Source: an uncultured Candidatus Rokubacteria bacterium (GTDB lineage: Bacteria > Methylomirabilota > Methylomirabilia > Rokubacteriales > CSP1-6). From it: a DNA stretch of 64,000 nt. Position numbers and translations under genes: made by a program. The stretch covers positions 443,474-507,473 of the forward strand of contig CAVZOE010000018.1 in the NCBI GenBank assembly GCA_963776725.1, read 5' to 3'. Under the pieces are notes generated by a model, which was not told the origin of the DNA, did not search any database, and saw only the letters and a program-made list of their open reading frames with translations. Positions 62,983-64,000 of the stretch are shown here, in pieces. Positions within the stretch are counted from its first letter, which is position 1. Each line of letters begins with the position of its first letter.

Positions 62983-64000
62983 CTAGTCGGCGAGGTCGGA
63001 GGGGAGGCGGGGGCGTTCGGCGACGGTGAGGGTGACGTCGCGGCTTTGGCCGTCGCGGACGAGGGTGATCTTCACGCGCTGGCCGGTCTTCAGGGTTTTT
63101 ACCTTGGCGATGTAGTCCTGGTGGTTGCGGATCGGGGAGCCCTGGATGGCGGTGACGATGTCGCCGCCGAGCAGGTACTCCTCGCCCTGGATGACGACCG
63201 AGAGGCTGCCGCCGCGGATCCCGGCCAGCTCGGCGGGGCTGCCGTCGAAGACGATCTCGACCAGATAGCCCGGCGTGACCGGCACGCGCACGACCGCGCC
63301 GAGCTTGCCATCGATCGCGCGGCCCTGCATGCCCAGCCAGGGCCGCACGATCCGTCCGTTCTCGCGAAGCTCGCGCAGGACGGACTTGGCGGCGTTGATC
63401 GGCACCGCGAAGCCGATCGACTGGGCGTCCTCGGAGATGAGCGTGTTGAGGCCGATCACCTGACCGCAACGATCCACCAGGGGACCGCCGGAGTTGCCTG
63501 GATTGATGGGCGCGTCGGTCTGGATCATCGGCTCGTCGGAGATCCCGGGCAGCGTGCGGTTGAGGCCGCTCACGATCCCGCGCGTCATCGTCTGGTCGAG
63601 GCCGATGGGATTGCCGATGGCGACGACCTCGTCGCCGACCTTGATGCCCGACGAGTCGCCGAGCTTGGCGATGGGCATCGGGCCGGACGACTCCACCCGC
63701 AGCAGCGCGAGATCGAGTACCGGGTCGAGGCCCATCACCCGCGCCGTGACCTTGGCGCCGCTGTCGAGCGTTACCGACAGGGACGCCGCGCCGTCCACGA
63801 CGTGGGCGTTGGTGAGGATCTGCCCGTCCTTGTCGATGATGACGCCGGAGCCCACGATCGTCTCGAATCGCCGCTGGGGCTTGGCCTTGTTGATCTTGGT
63901 GGCCTGGATCGAGACGACGGCCGGCGACACCCGCTCGAACAGCACGGCCAGCGGCTCGGTGCATGGCTGGGCTAACGCCGTGGCCGGCAGCAACGACAGG
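62983..64000 (-). CDS. htrA: HtrA/DegP-family serine protease with PDZ domain; 5' end outside window
   Basis: TNAHVV (His), DLALL (Asp) and GNSGGPL (Ser) catalytic triad with a C-terminal PDZ-like region. The frame is still open at base 64000. Confidence 0.9.
   Translation of the reverse strand, partial: LSLLPATALAQPCTEPLAVLFERVSPAVVSIQATKINKAKPQRRFETIVGSGVIIDKDGQILTNAHVVDGAASLSVTLDSGAKVTARVMGLDPVLDLALLRVESSGPMPIAKLGDSSGIKVGDEVVAIGNPIGLDQTMTRGIVSGLNRTLPGISDEPMIQTDAPINPGNSGGPLVDRCGQVIGLNTLISEDAQSIGFAVPINAAKSVLRELRENGRIVRPWLGMQGRAIDGKLGAVVRVPVTPGYLVEIVFDGSPAELAGIRGGSLSVVIQGEEYLLGGDIVTAIQGSPIRNHQDYIAKVKTLKTGQRVKITLVRDGQSRDVTLTVAERPRLPSDLAD

Overview
Very GC-rich, gene-dense bacterial chromosomal segment with about 65 protein-coding genes. 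I found no rRNA, tRNA, CRISPR array, transposase or integrase. The left end carries fabH(partial)-fabD-fabG-acpP-fabF, followed by a short RNase III-like gene and an M50 protease. Next come a GS-like ligase, SDRs, an ABC permease and receiver-only response regulators. An eight-gene translationally coupled operon follows: a PhnS/T/U-like ABC importer, a DAO-GcvT oxidase, a Cys/Met-PLP enzyme, a MurA-like transferase with Asp at the catalytic Cys position, and an SDR. After that come NUDIX, a methyltransferase, an M28 peptidase and an AhpD/CMD-family gene with an in-frame TGA on its CxxC motif (selenoprotein candidate). These are followed by tandem orphan binding proteins and MFS transporters. 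A second-messenger neighbourhood holds a GAF-degenerate GGDEF protein and a class II cNMP phosphodiesterase divergent from a CHASE2-adenylate cyclase-PilZ fusion. Further right lie a split MetH-like corrinoid module, an IorAB-type molybdo-oxidoreductase, aroK, an amidase and a D-aminoacylase. A multi-GAF histidine kinase/NtrC pair sits upstream of a textbook sigma-54 promoter. The right end carries an RRM protein, an indel-ridden DUF169/URO-D gene, malic enzyme, acs, a dksA-like gene, plsC, threonine dehydratase, asparaginase, UDG and htrA (partial). By my reading at least 26 single-base indels, nearly all 1-nt insertions, interrupt 16 otherwise well-conserved genes. These may be assembly errors or real decay and need read-level checking. 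Several long inverted repeats and G6/C6 hairpins occupy intergenic spacers.
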